In this document: positions 27,282 to 37,157 of the stretch, piece by piece
Position numbering within the stretch: position 1 is the first letter of the stretch
How the letters are laid out: each line of letters starts with the position of its first letter
NCBI GenBank assembly: GCA_027064305.1
Contig: JAMOPY010000036.1
Span: 1 to 59,640, forward strand
Direction of reading: 5' to 3'
From: Methanobacteriota archaeon
Lineage (GTDB): Archaea; JAADCQ01; Methanopyri; Methanopyrales; Methanopyraceae
Length of the DNA: 59,640 bases
Notes under the pieces: generated by a model
The model's input: the letters and a program-made list of their open reading frames with translations, nothing else
Database searches by the model: none
Told to the model about the DNA's origin: nothing
Program-made: the position numbers and the translations under genes

Positions 27282-27698
27282 TTGAGCGATCGCGCCCGAA
27301 AAATCGTGCGCGTAAAGGCCCGGGGCGAGGTCGTGCGCACCCTGTCCGAGGTGGTGGAGGAGGGCCTCGAGCTCAGCGTCTTAAACGCCACGGTGACCCC
27401 GGACTCGATCACCGCCGAGCTGGCCGTGCAGGCCCCCGAGGAGGGCCAGGTCCGCGAGTTCCTGCGCACGCTCCGAAGGTTCGGCCTGGAGGTGGAGGAG
27501 CTGGAGAAAACGCTGATTCACGACGAGGAAACGTGCGTGCACTGCACCGCCTGCCACTCCGTCTGCCCCGTCGGCGCCGTCCTCGTGGAGAACCACGAGG
27601 TGTCCTTCGACGAGGACGAGTGCATCGTGTGCGGCTCCTGCGTCGAGATCTGCCCCACCGGCGCCCTCAAGATCGCCTCGAAGGAGGGTGGGGAATGA
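27282..27698 (+). CDS. NIL-domain 2[4Fe-4S] ferredoxin (MA1822/MJ0099-like)
   Basis: 'LSVLNA.V' NIL-like domain; 'CVHCTACHSVCP', 'CIVCGSCVEICP'. Confidence 0.82.
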   Translation: MSDRARKIVRVKARGEVVRTLSEVVEEGLELSVLNATVTPDSITAELAVQAPEEGQVREFLRTLRRFGLEVEELEKTLIHDEETCVHCTACHSVCPVGAVLVENHEVSFDEDECIVCGSCVEICPTGALKIASKEGGE

Positions 27699-28711
27699 GG
27701 TTCTGGGTCGCCCACCCCGGGCACACCCGCGGACTGAGGACCCTCCTCTCCGGGATCGAGGACCTGCGCCGCGTGGAGGCCGTGTACGCCGGCGGCTCCC
27801 CCGAGCGCATCGGCACGGGCCGCCCCAACCTGCATTACCCCACGATCGACGAGGTGCGCGAGCAGGTCGAGCTCGCCCACTCTCACGACGTCCGGTACGA
27901 CGTGGTCGTCAACTCCACCTGCCCCCTCCGCGGCGAGCCCACCCGCCGCGTCCTCGAGCGCTACGACCGGTACCTCCGGGACCTCGAGCGGGCGGGCGTC
28001 GACGGGATCGTCGCCGCCGACCCGATCATCCTGGAGCTGGCCGCCGAGTACTTCGACCGGGTGACCGTCTCCTGCCTCGCCTTCGTCAACGACCCCGAGA
28101 AGGCGGAGCACTACGAGGACGTCGCCACCGCGATCACCCTCGACACGTCGCACAACCGGCGCTTCGAGACCCTGGAGGCGCTCTCCCGGCTGGGGATGGA
28201 GCTCAAGGTCATCGTCAACGAGGGCTGCCTGCTGGACTGCCCCTACCGACCCTTCCACTTCAACCTGTTCTCGCACCTGTACGGGCCCGACGAGGTCTCC
28301 GTGTACGATGACTACTACTACCGGCGGTGCATCGCGGACCGCCTCCGCCACCCGGAGCTGATCATCAAGTCCCCGTGGATCCGGCCCGAGGACCTCGAGC
28401 ACTACGAGCCCTACGTGGACGCGTTCAAGATCTCGGGGCGCTCGCACCAGGTGCGCTGGATCGTCAAGGTCGTTAACGCGTACCTGGAGGGGCGCTGGGA
28501 CGGGAACCTGCTCGACCTCCTGGACTGCCCCCGGGAGCTCCGGGACTACTTCTACCTGGACAACCGGGCGCTGGATGGGGCCATCGAGCGCTGGAAGGAG
28601 TGCGACCACCGGTGCCACGAGTGCGGGTTCTGCCGGGAGCTGGCGGAACGCGCCCTGCGCGTGAGGGAGTTTCGGCGCCCGGAGGCGGCGACCGCGGGTG
28701 AGCGGGCTTGA
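27695..28711 (+). CDS. Peptidase U32-family Fe-S protein
   Basis: 'G.GRP', 'GVDGIVAADP', 'VNEGCLLDCP', 'WIRPEDL', 'FKISGR', C-terminal Cys cluster. Confidence 0.85.
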   Translation: MRFWVAHPGHTRGLRTLLSGIEDLRRVEAVYAGGSPERIGTGRPNLHYPTIDEVREQVELAHSHDVRYDVVVNSTCPLRGEPTRRVLERYDRYLRDLERAGVDGIVAADPIILELAAEYFDRVTVSCLAFVNDPEKAEHYEDVATAITLDTSHNRRFETLEALSRLGMELKVIVNEGCLLDCPYRPFHFNLFSHLYGPDEVSVYDDYYYRRCIADRLRHPELIIKSPWIRPEDLEHYEPYVDAFKISGRSHQVRWIVKVVNAYLEGRWDGNLLDLLDCPRELRDYFYLDNRALDGAIERWKECDHRCHECGFCRELAERALRVREFRRPEAATAGERA

Positions 28712-29049
28712 TCGAGCGGTGCGCGGAGTACCTGCGCCGCCTGGAGGAGCGGCTCGAGGAGGGGATGGTCACCGAGGTGGACGCGTTCGTGGCCCGGTGC
28801 GGCTGCGTGGGCGTCGTCTTCATGCTCCGGGGCGTCCGCCTGGACGACGTCACCGACGGGGTCATCGCCGTCGTTCAGCGCGCGGCCCGGGAGGTGGGGG
28901 CGGACCCCGACATCATGTACGCCCGGGTGGTCCCGGGTACGGACCTGGTCATCGACCTGGGCGCGCGCACCCTCTGCGAGACGTGCGAGCGCGAGTTCTC
29001 CGGCGAGGAACCGCGGCCCGACCTGAGGGTGCTCCGGGGCGGTCGGTGA
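28708..29049 (+). CDS. Small conserved methanogen-type Cys protein
   Basis: 'DAFVARCGCVG', 'CETC..EF'; translationally coupled on both sides. Confidence 0.65.
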   Translation: MIERCAEYLRRLEERLEEGMVTEVDAFVARCGCVGVVFMLRGVRLDDVTDGVIAVVQRAAREVGADPDIMYARVVPGTDLVIDLGARTLCETCEREFSGEEPRPDLRVLRGGR

Positions 29050-29744
29050 TGCGCTGGTACCTCTGCGCGTCCGAGCACCAGCTCGAGCACCTGCCCGACG
29101 ACGCCGACGGGGTGGTCGTCCCCTACCCGGGGCTCGGGGTCGCCACGCTGCTGCCCCGGTACCCCTCCGAGTCCGAGGCCGAGCGGATGATCCGCGAGGC
29201 GGCGGACCGGGGCTTGCGGGTGCAGGCGCTCGCCGACTTCACGTGTTCCGGGTGCGAGCACCTGTCCGCGTCCGGGCACGGGACGTTCCGCTCCACCCTG
29301 GAGTACCTGGCGCACGACCTGGAGGTGGACGGCCTGGTGGTCGCGGACCCGTACGCGGTGGAGCTGGCGGCCGGGCTCGACGTGACCGTGGTCGTCTCGC
29401 ACACCGCCGCCGTGGACACGCCCGAGAAGGCCTGGTACTTCGACCGACTCGGGGCCGACGTGATCACGGTGGACCCGTCCCTGAACGAGGACGAGTCGAC
29501 CGTCGACGCCGTACGGGAGCGCGTCTCCGCCCGCCTGCGCGCGGCCGTTAACGCGGTGACCTGGCGGGACCCGGTCGCGTACTTCGAGCGGAACCTGCGG
29601 TCGCACCTCACCCGGCGCGGGGAGTCCCCCTCACCCTACAAGAACGACCCGTACGGGCCGCTCCGAAGGAGGAGGGTGGTGCGAGGGGTCCGGGAGGAGC
29701 TCTTCGACGAGGTGCTCATCATCCTCGGCGGAGAGCCTCCGTGA
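29049..29744 (+). CDS. Short U32-like protein
   Basis: 'VDGLVVADPY', 'VSH.A.VDT', 'LGADVIT.D..LN' resemble the U32 N-terminal region. Confidence 0.7.
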   Translation: MRWYLCASEHQLEHLPDDADGVVVPYPGLGVATLLPRYPSESEAERMIREAADRGLRVQALADFTCSGCEHLSASGHGTFRSTLEYLAHDLEVDGLVVADPYAVELAAGLDVTVVVSHTAAVDTPEKAWYFDRLGADVITVDPSLNEDESTVDAVRERVSARLRAAVNAVTWRDPVAYFERNLRSHLTRRGESPSPYKNDPYGPLRRRRVVRGVREELFDEVLIILGGEPP

Positions 29745-31218
29745 TGTCCGTCCGGGTGACGATCCCCACCACCCGATTCTCCTCGTCCACCACGGGCAGG
29801 CAGGAGATGTTGTGCCGGTTCATCCGCTCCAGCGCCTCGTTCACGGTCTCGTGCGGCCGGATCGTCACCACGTCCTCGGTCATGATCTCCCTCAACCGCT
29901 TCTTACCCTCCGCCACCGCGGCCGCGATGTCCCAGGAGGTGACGATGCCGACGAGCCTACCCTCCTCGTCCACGACCGGAACGTGGTTGATCTCCTCCTC
30001 GATGAGCTTCCTCGCCACCTCCTCGATGCTCTCATCCGGGTGGGCCGTGATCACCCGCCTCGTCATGATGTCCCTGATCCGAGGCAGGTGAGGGGGCCGG
30101 CTCGGCATCGGCCTCGGGCTCACGTCCCGGGGCAGCCGCTCGACCGGCTCCGTGAGCAGGAACTCACCCTCCTCGATCTCCTCCCGCAGCCGCTCCGCGA
30201 TCTCCCGGGCCATCCGGTAGCTCGACAGGGCCCCGGTCCGCACCCTCCGCCCCTCGATCTCCACCCTGCCGGACCGCAGCTCCGCGTAGGTGACCCGGGC
30301 CACCACCGGCCGGTCCCGGGACCGCACCCCGTAGTCCACCACCGGCACCTCGATGTCCTCGTCCCGGACCGCCGTTGACTCGGCCACCTTCTCGTCCAGC
30401 ACCGGGATGGGCACGCCGATGCCCACCGCCAGGCTCACGCCGTAGTTCTTCAGCACGACCGGGCGCAGGAACTCCGGGTCCGCCTCCTTCAAGTCCCCCC
30501 TCACCATCAGGGTGGCCATGCCGCCCCGCGGGTCGTGCTGCGTGCCCTCCCCGATGACGTACCCGCGCGAGCCCGCCAGCCAGATCCGCGTCCCGATCCC
30601 GATCGTGCGGAGCTCGGGATCGTTGGCGAGCGGGTTCAGCTGCCCCGCCCCGCAGTAGGTCACGTTCCCGTACTCCGGGAGCAGCACCCCCATGTAGGTG
30701 TACAGCGTCTCCTCGGACGAGTTCGTGGCGGCCACGTACCGCTGGTAGCAGTTCCTGGGGTTCACCAGCACCGCCTGGTTCAGATCCTCGATCGTGATGA
30801 GCGTCTCCACGGACTCCTTCGGGTAACAGTCCGTCCCGGCCCCCTCGGCCCGCAGGACGACCTCCTCACCCGCCGCCAGCTCGTGGATCACGTGCGCTCC
30901 ACCGTACTCGATCCCCCGATCCTCGCTCGGCTGGGCCGCCCCCAGGTACGCGTCCACCGCCGCCAGACCCGTGTACGCCTCCACCTCGTTCAACCACACG
31001 CGCTGCATCTTGATGGGCGGGTCCGAGTGCCCGAAGTTCAGGAACACGCCGGAGCTGCACATGGGCCCGAACGTCGCGCACGTGACCACGTCCACCTCCT
31101 TCGCGGCCCGCTCCGCCCCCACGTCCTCCACGATCTCGATCATCTCCTCCGCGGTGACGACGCAGGCCTCACCGCGCCTGATCCGCTCGTTGATCTCCTC
31201 CACGCTCTTCCGCCGCAA
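29719..31218 (-). CDS. DUF39 + CBS protein; L-aspartate-semialdehyde sulfurtransferase (MJ0100/MA1821-type homocysteine synthesis)
   Basis: 'VDVVT.ATFGPMCSSG', 'YGGAHVI', 'NPRN.YQ', 'IG.GTRI'; two C-terminal CBS domains. Confidence 0.9.
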   Translation of the reverse strand: MRRKSVEEINERIRRGEACVVTAEEMIEIVEDVGAERAAKEVDVVTCATFGPMCSSGVFLNFGHSDPPIKMQRVWLNEVEAYTGLAAVDAYLGAAQPSEDRGIEYGGAHVIHELAAGEEVVLRAEGAGTDCYPKESVETLITIEDLNQAVLVNPRNCYQRYVAATNSSEETLYTYMGVLLPEYGNVTYCGAGQLNPLANDPELRTIGIGTRIWLAGSRGYVIGEGTQHDPRGGMATLMVRGDLKEADPEFLRPVVLKNYGVSLAVGIGVPIPVLDEKVAESTAVRDEDIEVPVVDYGVRSRDRPVVARVTYAELRSGRVEIEGRRVRTGALSSYRMAREIAERLREEIEEGEFLLTEPVERLPRDVSPRPMPSRPPHLPRIRDIMTRRVITAHPDESIEEVARKLIEEEINHVPVVDEEGRLVGIVTSWDIAAAVAEGKKRLREIMTEDVVTIRPHETVNEALERMNRHNISCLPVVDEENRVVGIVTRTDITEALRRG

Positions 31219-32323
31219 CGCCCGAACCCCGCAGACCGCGCTGCAGGACGCCCAACCGCTCCTCCAGCCTTAGCACCTTACCCGGCCGGGCCCGCTTTAC
31301 CGGGTTCCTGGGCGCCAACCGGCACGACGCGTGCCGGCGAGACACCTCAAAGAACCCCAACCGCTCGGACAACCGCTGCACCTCGTTCTTGTCCATACCG
31401 GCCAGGGGCCGGAACACCGGGAACCGGGCCACCCGATCGATCACGGCCAGGTTGTCCGGCACCTGACTCGCCACCTGACCGATCACGTCGCCCGTGACCA
31501 CCCCCACCCCACCCACCCGCTCGCACAGCGCGCACGCCCTCCGCAGCATCTCCCGCTTGCAGAGCACGCACCGGTACCGCGCCTCCTCACCCCGCAGCGA
31601 CGCGAGCGCCTCCATGAACCCCTCGAAGTCCTCCACCTCCAACCGCACCTCGCCCGGGATCCACTCCGAGAACCGCTCCGCCAGCTCCTCCACCACGTCC
31701 ACCTCCGACCCGAACCGCCCCCGATCCAGGTGCAACCACACCACCTCGCACCCACGCCTCGCCGCGTACCACGCCGCCACCGGGCTGTCGATACCCCCGG
31801 ACACCAGGCACACCACCGGCGACTGCGACCCGTACGGCAGCCCACCCGGCCCCTCCCGCACCCACGAGCCCAGGTACGCGAAGCTCCCCTCCCGCCGCAG
31901 CTCCACGTGCACCTCCACGTCCGGATCGTCCAAATCCACCGACCAGCCCGTATGCCGACGCACCAGCTCCCCCAGCTCCACGTTCATATCCCGCGAGGAC
32001 GGGGCCCCCTCCCACGCCCGACGCGACCGAACCGCGAACGAGCCCGCCCGAACCCCCTCCAAGCACGGCCGGATCGCCCGAAACACCTCCTCAGGCTCGT
32101 ACGAGTCCACCCACACCACCCTGGTCCACTTCGCCACCCCGAACACCCGACCCAACGCCTCCGGCTCCTCCGGATCCCGCACCAGCAACCGACCCTCCAA
32201 CCGCTCCACCTCACCGCCCGCCTGCCTCCGCACGTTCCGCGCCAGCGTCCGCTCCATCTCCCTCCGAACCCGAGGAGACTTAACCGCCAGCTCCCCGTAC
32301 ATCACCAGGTAGCAGCGGCTCAC
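31169..32323 (-). CDS. thiI: tRNA 4-thiouridine(8) synthase
   Basis: 'YGEL.VKS', THUMP domain, 'GGLP.G', PP-loop 'SGGIDSPVA', CxxC, 'GQVASQ', 'RPL.GMDK'. Confidence 0.88.
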   Translation of the reverse strand: MSRCYLVMYGELAVKSPRVRREMERTLARNVRRQAGGEVERLEGRLLVRDPEEPEALGRVFGVAKWTRVVWVDSYEPEEVFRAIRPCLEGVRAGSFAVRSRRAWEGAPSSRDMNVELGELVRRHTGWSVDLDDPDVEVHVELRREGSFAYLGSWVREGPGGLPYGSQSPVVCLVSGGIDSPVAAWYAARRGCEVVWLHLDRGRFGSEVDVVEELAERFSEWIPGEVRLEVEDFEGFMEALASLRGEEARYRCVLCKREMLRRACALCERVGGVGVVTGDVIGQVASQVPDNLAVIDRVARFPVFRPLAGMDKNEVQRLSERLGFFEVSRRHASCRLAPRNPVKRARPGKVLRLEERLGVLQRGLRGSGVAAEERGGDQRADQAR

Positions 32324-32351
32324 GACGGATCACCCGCCCGGGGGAACCACC

Positions 32352-33182
32352 GTGGGGCTCCTCGACGCCCTCTTCGGCGACGAGGGCGCCGACCGGGGCG
32401 AAACCGAGGTGGAGAAGGTTCGAGAGGAAGTCCTCCGGGTCCGCCTCCTCCGCGGCCCGGCCTACTTTAAAAACGACAGCGTCATCGCGGCCCGGGGCGA
32501 CCTGGAGTTCTCCGCCACCCGACCCGTCCGCACGTCCGGCGGCCTCACCGGGCTCCTGGAGAAGGTACTCAAGGTCAAGCTGCTGGGAATGCGACGCCAC
32601 TTCGTCCGCGCGGACGGCTCCGGCGTGGTGTACGCCGGCGACGGCGGCCGAATCCACGTGCTCGACGTTCCCGAGGGCGAGCGCCTCACCGTGAACCAGG
32701 ACCGCCTCCTGTTCACCGACGCCCCCGCCGACGTGGTCGCCCAGCTGGACGCCAGCATCCTGAGCACCGGACTCGTCGACCTGGGATTCGAGGGACCGTG
32801 CCGGGTCGCGGTCACCGCGGAGTGCGACCCGGTGACCCTGGAGGTGAGCGACGGGGAACCCGTCCTCGTGGACCCGGAGTGCCTGATCGCGTGGACGGGC
32901 GACGTCACCTTCGAGGCCACCTGGCAGGGCAGCGCCCTGGACCTGCTCCTGGGCCGCAAGCACGGGGAGGAACTCATGCTCAGGGCGCGCGGGTCCGGAA
33001 AGGTGCTCGTGTCCCCGTACGACGAGCGACTCCGGAGGCTCGAGCGGATGGTGCGTCGGGCGATGAGCGCCCGCGAGGAGCACCTCCACCACGGCGACTC
33101 CGAGGCGTGGGAGGACGAGACCGAGGCCGACGACGCGCTCGACCTGGACCTCGACGACTTCCTCGACTTCGACCTGGACTGA
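32352..33182 (+). CDS. AIM24/DUF124-like protein with acidic tail
   Basis: 'GSGVVY', 'VDP..LIAW', 'GE...L.ARGSGKVLV'. Confidence 0.7.
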   Translation: MGLLDALFGDEGADRGETEVEKVREEVLRVRLLRGPAYFKNDSVIAARGDLEFSATRPVRTSGGLTGLLEKVLKVKLLGMRRHFVRADGSGVVYAGDGGRIHVLDVPEGERLTVNQDRLLFTDAPADVVAQLDASILSTGLVDLGFEGPCRVAVTAECDPVTLEVSDGEPVLVDPECLIAWTGDVTFEATWQGSALDLLLGRKHGEELMLRARGSGKVLVSPYDERLRRLERMVRRAMSAREEHLHHGDSEAWEDETEADDALDLDLDDFLDFDLD

Positions 33183-33203
33183 CCTCCCGCCTCCCGCGGG
33201 CCG

Positions 33204-33226
33204 ATCGTTATGATTTTCATAACGAT
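33204..33226. promoter_or_regulatory. Spaced palindrome ATCGTTA-N9-TAACGAT (copy 2; perfect 10-bp arms)
   Basis: ATCGTTATGA ttt TCATAACGAT, 6 nt past the tRNA-His CCA. Confidence 0.78.
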
Positions 33227-33232
33227 TGCCGC

Positions 33233-33310
33233 TGGGGCCGCGGCCGGGATTTGAACCCGGGACCACCGGCTCCACAGGCCGGCGCTCTAACCAGGCTGAG
33301 CTGCCGCGGC
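33233..33310 (-). tRNA. tRNA-His(GUG); CCA encoded, C8, C73, no encoded G-1
   Basis: gccgcgg-ca-gctc-agcctggtta-gagc-g-ccggc-ctGTGga-gccgg-tggtc-ccggg-ttcaaat-cccgg-ccgcggc-c-cca. Confidence 0.96.
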
Positions 33311-33340
33311 GCCCTCCCAACCCACGGAGCCCCGCGTCCT

Positions 33341-33356
33341 CATTATAAAGATTTCC
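33341..33356 (-). promoter_or_regulatory. BRE/TATA promoter of tRNA-His
   Basis: ggaaatcTTTATAAtg on the minus strand about 33 nt upstream of the tRNA; overlaps the TAA stop of the upstream gene. Confidence 0.7.
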
Positions 33357-35376
33357 GACCCGCGCCCCCCAGCACCGCCAGCAGCAGCGCCAAACTCAGC
33401 AGGTACGCCCACCGCTGATGCCGCTCCCACCCCACGTACCGGAGCTCGAGCGACCCGCCACGCGCCCGAATCATCGTGAACGGTCCCACCGGGCACGCCT
33501 CGCCCTCCCGCCCGTTCACCGCCCAGAACGGCGCCCAACCCCACGGGACCACCACGCACCCGGACCCCGCGTCCCTCACCCGGATCAGATCCCAACGCCA
33601 GCTTACCACCCCCCGGACCGTGGCGCCGACCGAGACGTACGGGAGCACCCTGCGGGCCGCCTCCTCGACGCTGACCCCTCCCCTCCACGGGGCGAGCGGG
33701 TAGTCCACCCTGATCACGCGCCCGGCCCGCCGCACCAACCCGGTCTTCACCGCCCACCGCCAGCCCACCCGGTCCACGACCAGCACCTCGCCCGTCCACG
33801 GCACCTCCCACGGGGACGGTTCCTGACCCGCCCTCACGGCCTCGGGGTAGAACCCGGGGAGGATCGGCGGGCGGCCCAACCGACCGGCCAGCTCGGCCCA
33901 CAACACGCCGTACGCGCTGAACGACCCCACGTAGATCGCGCGGACCCGGCGAACCACCACGGCGTCCCTCAGCGAGATCGAGGGGTTCACGACCACCCGG
34001 ACCCGACCGATCACCCGGTTCCCGATCTCGCTCGGCAGGATCGGGTTCGGCCGGCTTAACAGCGTCACGTCCACCACCCGCACCGGCAACGACCGCAGGT
34101 AGGCGCGGCCGCGCTCCCTCAGGACCCGCTCGTAGCACTCGTCGAACCACCGCGTGACGGCGGCGTTCGCCATGTACCAGTTGGAGGCCAGGTGGGAGGC
34201 CCTGAGGTATTCCATCGCGGGCCCCAGGGCGTGCAGCTGCGGCTCGGAGGCCCCCTGGTAGAACGCCCCTCCCAGCTCGTACACCGGCCACCCCGGCCAC
34301 ACCGGAGAGGCGGGCTCGAACCCGCGGCCCCCGTCCACCAGCACCCGGTACGGGCCGACGGAGTACCCTCTCACCGGTCGGAAGGCGTCGAAGGCGGCGA
34401 TCGCGTGGAACACCACCAGCGCCGTCAGGGACGATAACACCGCCAACATCACCAGCCGCTCGCGCGGACGCTTGGCCTCCGAGACGCCGACGATCAGCGC
34501 GGGCAGAAAGGACCTCCAGCTATCCACGAACTTCGCCACCCCCACGGGACCCGCCAGGATCACCCCCAGGCCGGCCGCGGCCGTCGCGAGGCCGAATCGC
34601 CCTCCCCCGGCCTCGACCGAGGGGATCAACGCGATCGCGTCCAGGAGGGCGATGGAGACCGCCAGGACGGTCTTTTCCGACAGTTGGTCGCCGTGCAGGA
34701 ACCACGTTCCGGGCGCGTAGGTGAAGGCCGTGTGAAGGTACCACCAGCCGAGCGCCGTCACGGGCACCGACGGGATCAGGGACAGCGCGATCACCGGTTT
34801 CCTCGCCGCTTCCAGCAGGAACGCCGGCAGCGTGTAAATCGGGTTCCCGAGGAACGATAGCGACCAGGCTAGCAGCACCGGCCACGCGCGCCTCACCCGG
34901 GAGCGGGCGAGCAGGATCGCCGAGACCGCCAGACCGACGGAGAACGTGGTCGCCACGCGGACCGTGAAGACCTCCACCACCTGCGCCGGGAGCGTGGCGA
35001 CGTAGACCAGGATCGCGGCCTCCGATCGACGGGTGGCCAGCCCCGTACGTTGCAGCAGCAGCCAGAGCCAGCAGGGCGCGGACCGGTACAGCGCGTCCAC
35101 CACCACGCACGCCAGGTACGGGTTCCCGGTGAGCTTGAACAGCGCGACGGCCGGTAGGAAGGGTAGGACCGGGTAGTCGATCATCGGTGGTCGGCCCGTG
35201 TACGAGTACGGGTCCCAGTCCCCGCGGGCCAGTCCGGCCGTGCCCAGCAGGTAGACCTGGTGGGCGTGCACGGCCAGATCCATCACGACCGCGTGCTCGC
35301 CGCGCAGCTCCGGCGCCAGTGGGGCCAGCGACGCCAGGATGAAGAGCAGGGTGAGCGCTAGGTCCAGTCGGCGCAT
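33343..35376 (-). CDS. Polytopic membrane protein, PTPS-related/YfhO-like putative GT-C glycosyltransferase (paralog 1)
   Basis: TM1 then 'D...H', 'WDPYSYTGRP..DYP..P', many TM helices, extracellular domain, C-terminal 'PFWAVNG' and TM. Confidence 0.65.
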   Translation of the reverse strand: MRRLDLALTLLFILASLAPLAPELRGEHAVVMDLAVHAHQVYLLGTAGLARGDWDPYSYTGRPPMIDYPVLPFLPAVALFKLTGNPYLACVVVDALYRSAPCWLWLLLQRTGLATRRSEAAILVYVATLPAQVVEVFTVRVATTFSVGLAVSAILLARSRVRRAWPVLLAWSLSFLGNPIYTLPAFLLEAARKPVIALSLIPSVPVTALGWWYLHTAFTYAPGTWFLHGDQLSEKTVLAVSIALLDAIALIPSVEAGGGRFGLATAAAGLGVILAGPVGVAKFVDSWRSFLPALIVGVSEAKRPRERLVMLAVLSSLTALVVFHAIAAFDAFRPVRGYSVGPYRVLVDGGRGFEPASPVWPGWPVYELGGAFYQGASEPQLHALGPAMEYLRASHLASNWYMANAAVTRWFDECYERVLRERGRAYLRSLPVRVVDVTLLSRPNPILPSEIGNRVIGRVRVVVNPSISLRDAVVVRRVRAIYVGSFSAYGVLWAELAGRLGRPPILPGFYPEAVRAGQEPSPWEVPWTGEVLVVDRVGWRWAVKTGLVRRAGRVIRVDYPLAPWRGGVSVEEAARRVLPYVSVGATVRGVVSWRWDLIRVRDAGSGCVVVPWGWAPFWAVNGREGEACPVGPFTMIRARGGSLELRYVGWERHQRWAYLLSLALLLAVLGGAGRKSL

Positions 35377-35387
35377 CCGGGCCGCCC

Positions 35388-37082
35388 TCAGTCGTACTTC
35401 AACGCCTCGCACTCCTCCTCGTACGTGGAGTAGAAGTACGGGGACACGGCCGCGAACTCCGCCGCGCACGTGTCCACCAGCTTGTACGTGGCCTCCACGC
35501 CCACGCCCAGCCGCGCCTCCCGTACCTCGTCCTCGCTCACCCCGAGCAGCTCCGCCAGCTGCTCGTCGGAGAAGCCCATCCGCTTGATTTCCCGGACGAA
35601 CTCGCGCGTCCCCTCGTCCACCTCCTCGCCGCGGATCAGCGCCAGCAGCTCCTCCCTCCGCTCCCTGATCTCCCGCTCCATTTCCACGATCCGTTGGATC
35701 TTCTCGATGAACCACGGGTCGATGCCGGACAGCTTCGAGGCCTCCTCCACGTCCATGAGCCCCCGCTTCAGGGCCGCGTAGATGTAGAAGATGCGCCGGT
35801 CGTTCGGCCGCTCGACGTTCCTCCGGATCTCCTCCGGGCTCGCCTCCAGCTCCTCCGGGGAGGGACCCAGGCCCGGCTCCCCGATCTCCAGGGACCGGAT
35901 CGCCTTCTGCAGCGCCTCCTCGAACGTGCGCCCGATCGCCATCACCTCACCGACCGACTTCATCTCCGTACCCAGCGTCCGGTCCGCCTCCGGGAACTTG
36001 TCGAACGGCCACCGCGGGATCTTCACCACCACGTAGTCCAGCGCGGGCTCGAACGCCGCGTACGTCTCCCCGGTCACCTGGTTCTCGATCTCGTCCAGGC
36101 GCAGCCCGATCGCGATCTTGGCCGCGATCCGCGCGATCGGATACCCCGTCGCCTTCGAGGCCAGCGCCGACGATCGGCTCACCCGCGGGTTCACCTCGAT
36201 GACCCGGTACTCGCCCGTCTCCCGGTGCAGCGCGAACTGAATGTTGCAGCCACCCTCCACCCCCAGCTCGTCGATGATGTGCAGCGCCGCGCTGCGCAGC
36301 ATCTGGTGCTCCTCCTCCGTCAGCGTCTGCGCCGGCGCCACCACGATCGACTCGCCCGTGTGCACGCCCATCGGATCCACGTTCTCCATGCTGCACACCG
36401 TGATGCAGTTGCCCGCACCGTCCCGCATCACCTCGTACTCGATCTCCGCCCAACCACCCACGTACTCCTCGATCAGCACCTGATTCACCCGGCTGTACTC
36501 CAGCCCCCGCTCCACCACCCGCTCCAGCTCCTCCTCATCCTCCGCGATACCGCCACCGGTACCGCCCAGCGTGTAGGCCGGCCGCACCACCACCGGGTAC
36601 CCGATCTCCTCCGCCACCTCCTTCGCCTCCTCCACCGACGAGACCGCCTCGCTCCGGCACACCGGCTCCCCGATCCTCTCCATGAACGCTCGGAACTCGT
36701 CCCGATCCTCCGCCCGCACGATCGTCTCCACCGGCGTGCCCAGGACCTCGACGTCGTACTCCTCCAGCACGCCCATCTCGTCCAGCTCCACCGCGATGTT
36801 CAGCCCCGTCTGACCGCCCAGCGTCGGCAGAATCCCGTCCGGCGTCTCCTTCTCGATCACCTTGGCCACGATCCGCGCGTCCAACGGCTCGATGTAGACG
36901 CGGTCCGCCATGTTCGGATCCGTCATGATCGTCGCCGGGTTGCTGTTCACCAGAACGACCTCGACGCCCTCCTCCCGCAACGCCTTGCACGCCTGAGAAC
37001 CAGAGTAATCGAACTCCGCCGCCTGGCCGACGACGATCGGACCCGACCCAATGATCAGAACCTTATCGGGGGTCTCGGGCAA
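35388..37082 (-). CDS. carB: Carbamoyl-phosphate synthase large subunit, N-terminal half
   Basis: '[18 protein letters not shown]', '[10 protein letters not shown]', '[20 protein letters not shown]'; ends after 'VDTCAAEF...YSTY'. Confidence 0.95.
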   Translation of the reverse strand: MPETPDKVLIIGSGPIVVGQAAEFDYSGSQACKALREEGVEVVLVNSNPATIMTDPNMADRVYIEPLDARIVAKVIEKETPDGILPTLGGQTGLNIAVELDEMGVLEEYDVEVLGTPVETIVRAEDRDEFRAFMERIGEPVCRSEAVSSVEEAKEVAEEIGYPVVVRPAYTLGGTGGGIAEDEEELERVVERGLEYSRVNQVLIEEYVGGWAEIEYEVMRDGAGNCITVCSMENVDPMGVHTGESIVVAPAQTLTEEEHQMLRSAALHIIDELGVEGGCNIQFALHRETGEYRVIEVNPRVSRSSALASKATGYPIARIAAKIAIGLRLDEIENQVTGETYAAFEPALDYVVVKIPRWPFDKFPEADRTLGTEMKSVGEVMAIGRTFEEALQKAIRSLEIGEPGLGPSPEELEASPEEIRRNVERPNDRRIFYIYAALKRGLMDVEEASKLSGIDPWFIEKIQRIVEMEREIRERREELLALIRGEEVDEGTREFVREIKRMGFSDEQLAELLGVSEDEVREARLGVGVEATYKLVDTCAAEFAAVSPYFYSTYEEECEALKYD

Positions 37083-37107
37083 CAGAACCCGCTACCGCCC
37101 CCTCAAC

Positions 37108-37122
37108 GCACGTTAATAAAGC
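37108..37122 (+). promoter_or_regulatory. TATA-like element in the divergent carB/membrane gene gap
   Basis: cgTTAATAAAg is the only AT-rich tract in the 75-bp gap. Confidence 0.55.
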
Positions 37123-37157
37123 CATCGACGGCACGGCCGGCCGGGGTGAGGCGCCCG

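Noticed and set aside
31300-32300. Strongly C-rich + strand (also 7900-9100 and 25700-26700) as repeat or G-quadruplex element
   Set aside because: Reflects G-rich codons (GTG, GAG, GGG, CGG) of minus-strand genes; no discrete repeat unit
33110-33182. GACCTG/GACTTC short repeats at the end of the AIM24-like gene
   Set aside because: Simply encode an acidic D/L/F tail
33204-33310. tRNA 3' ends as integration (att) sites of a mobile element, or the palindrome as a dif site
   Set aside because: No integrase and no duplicated tRNA 3' fragment seen; arm sequence and spacing differ from the 11-6-11 dif pattern
35694-37157. 989-aa ORF suggesting a large fusion protein
   Set aside because: The first half is the antisense of carB; the real gene starts near 37158 after an RBS
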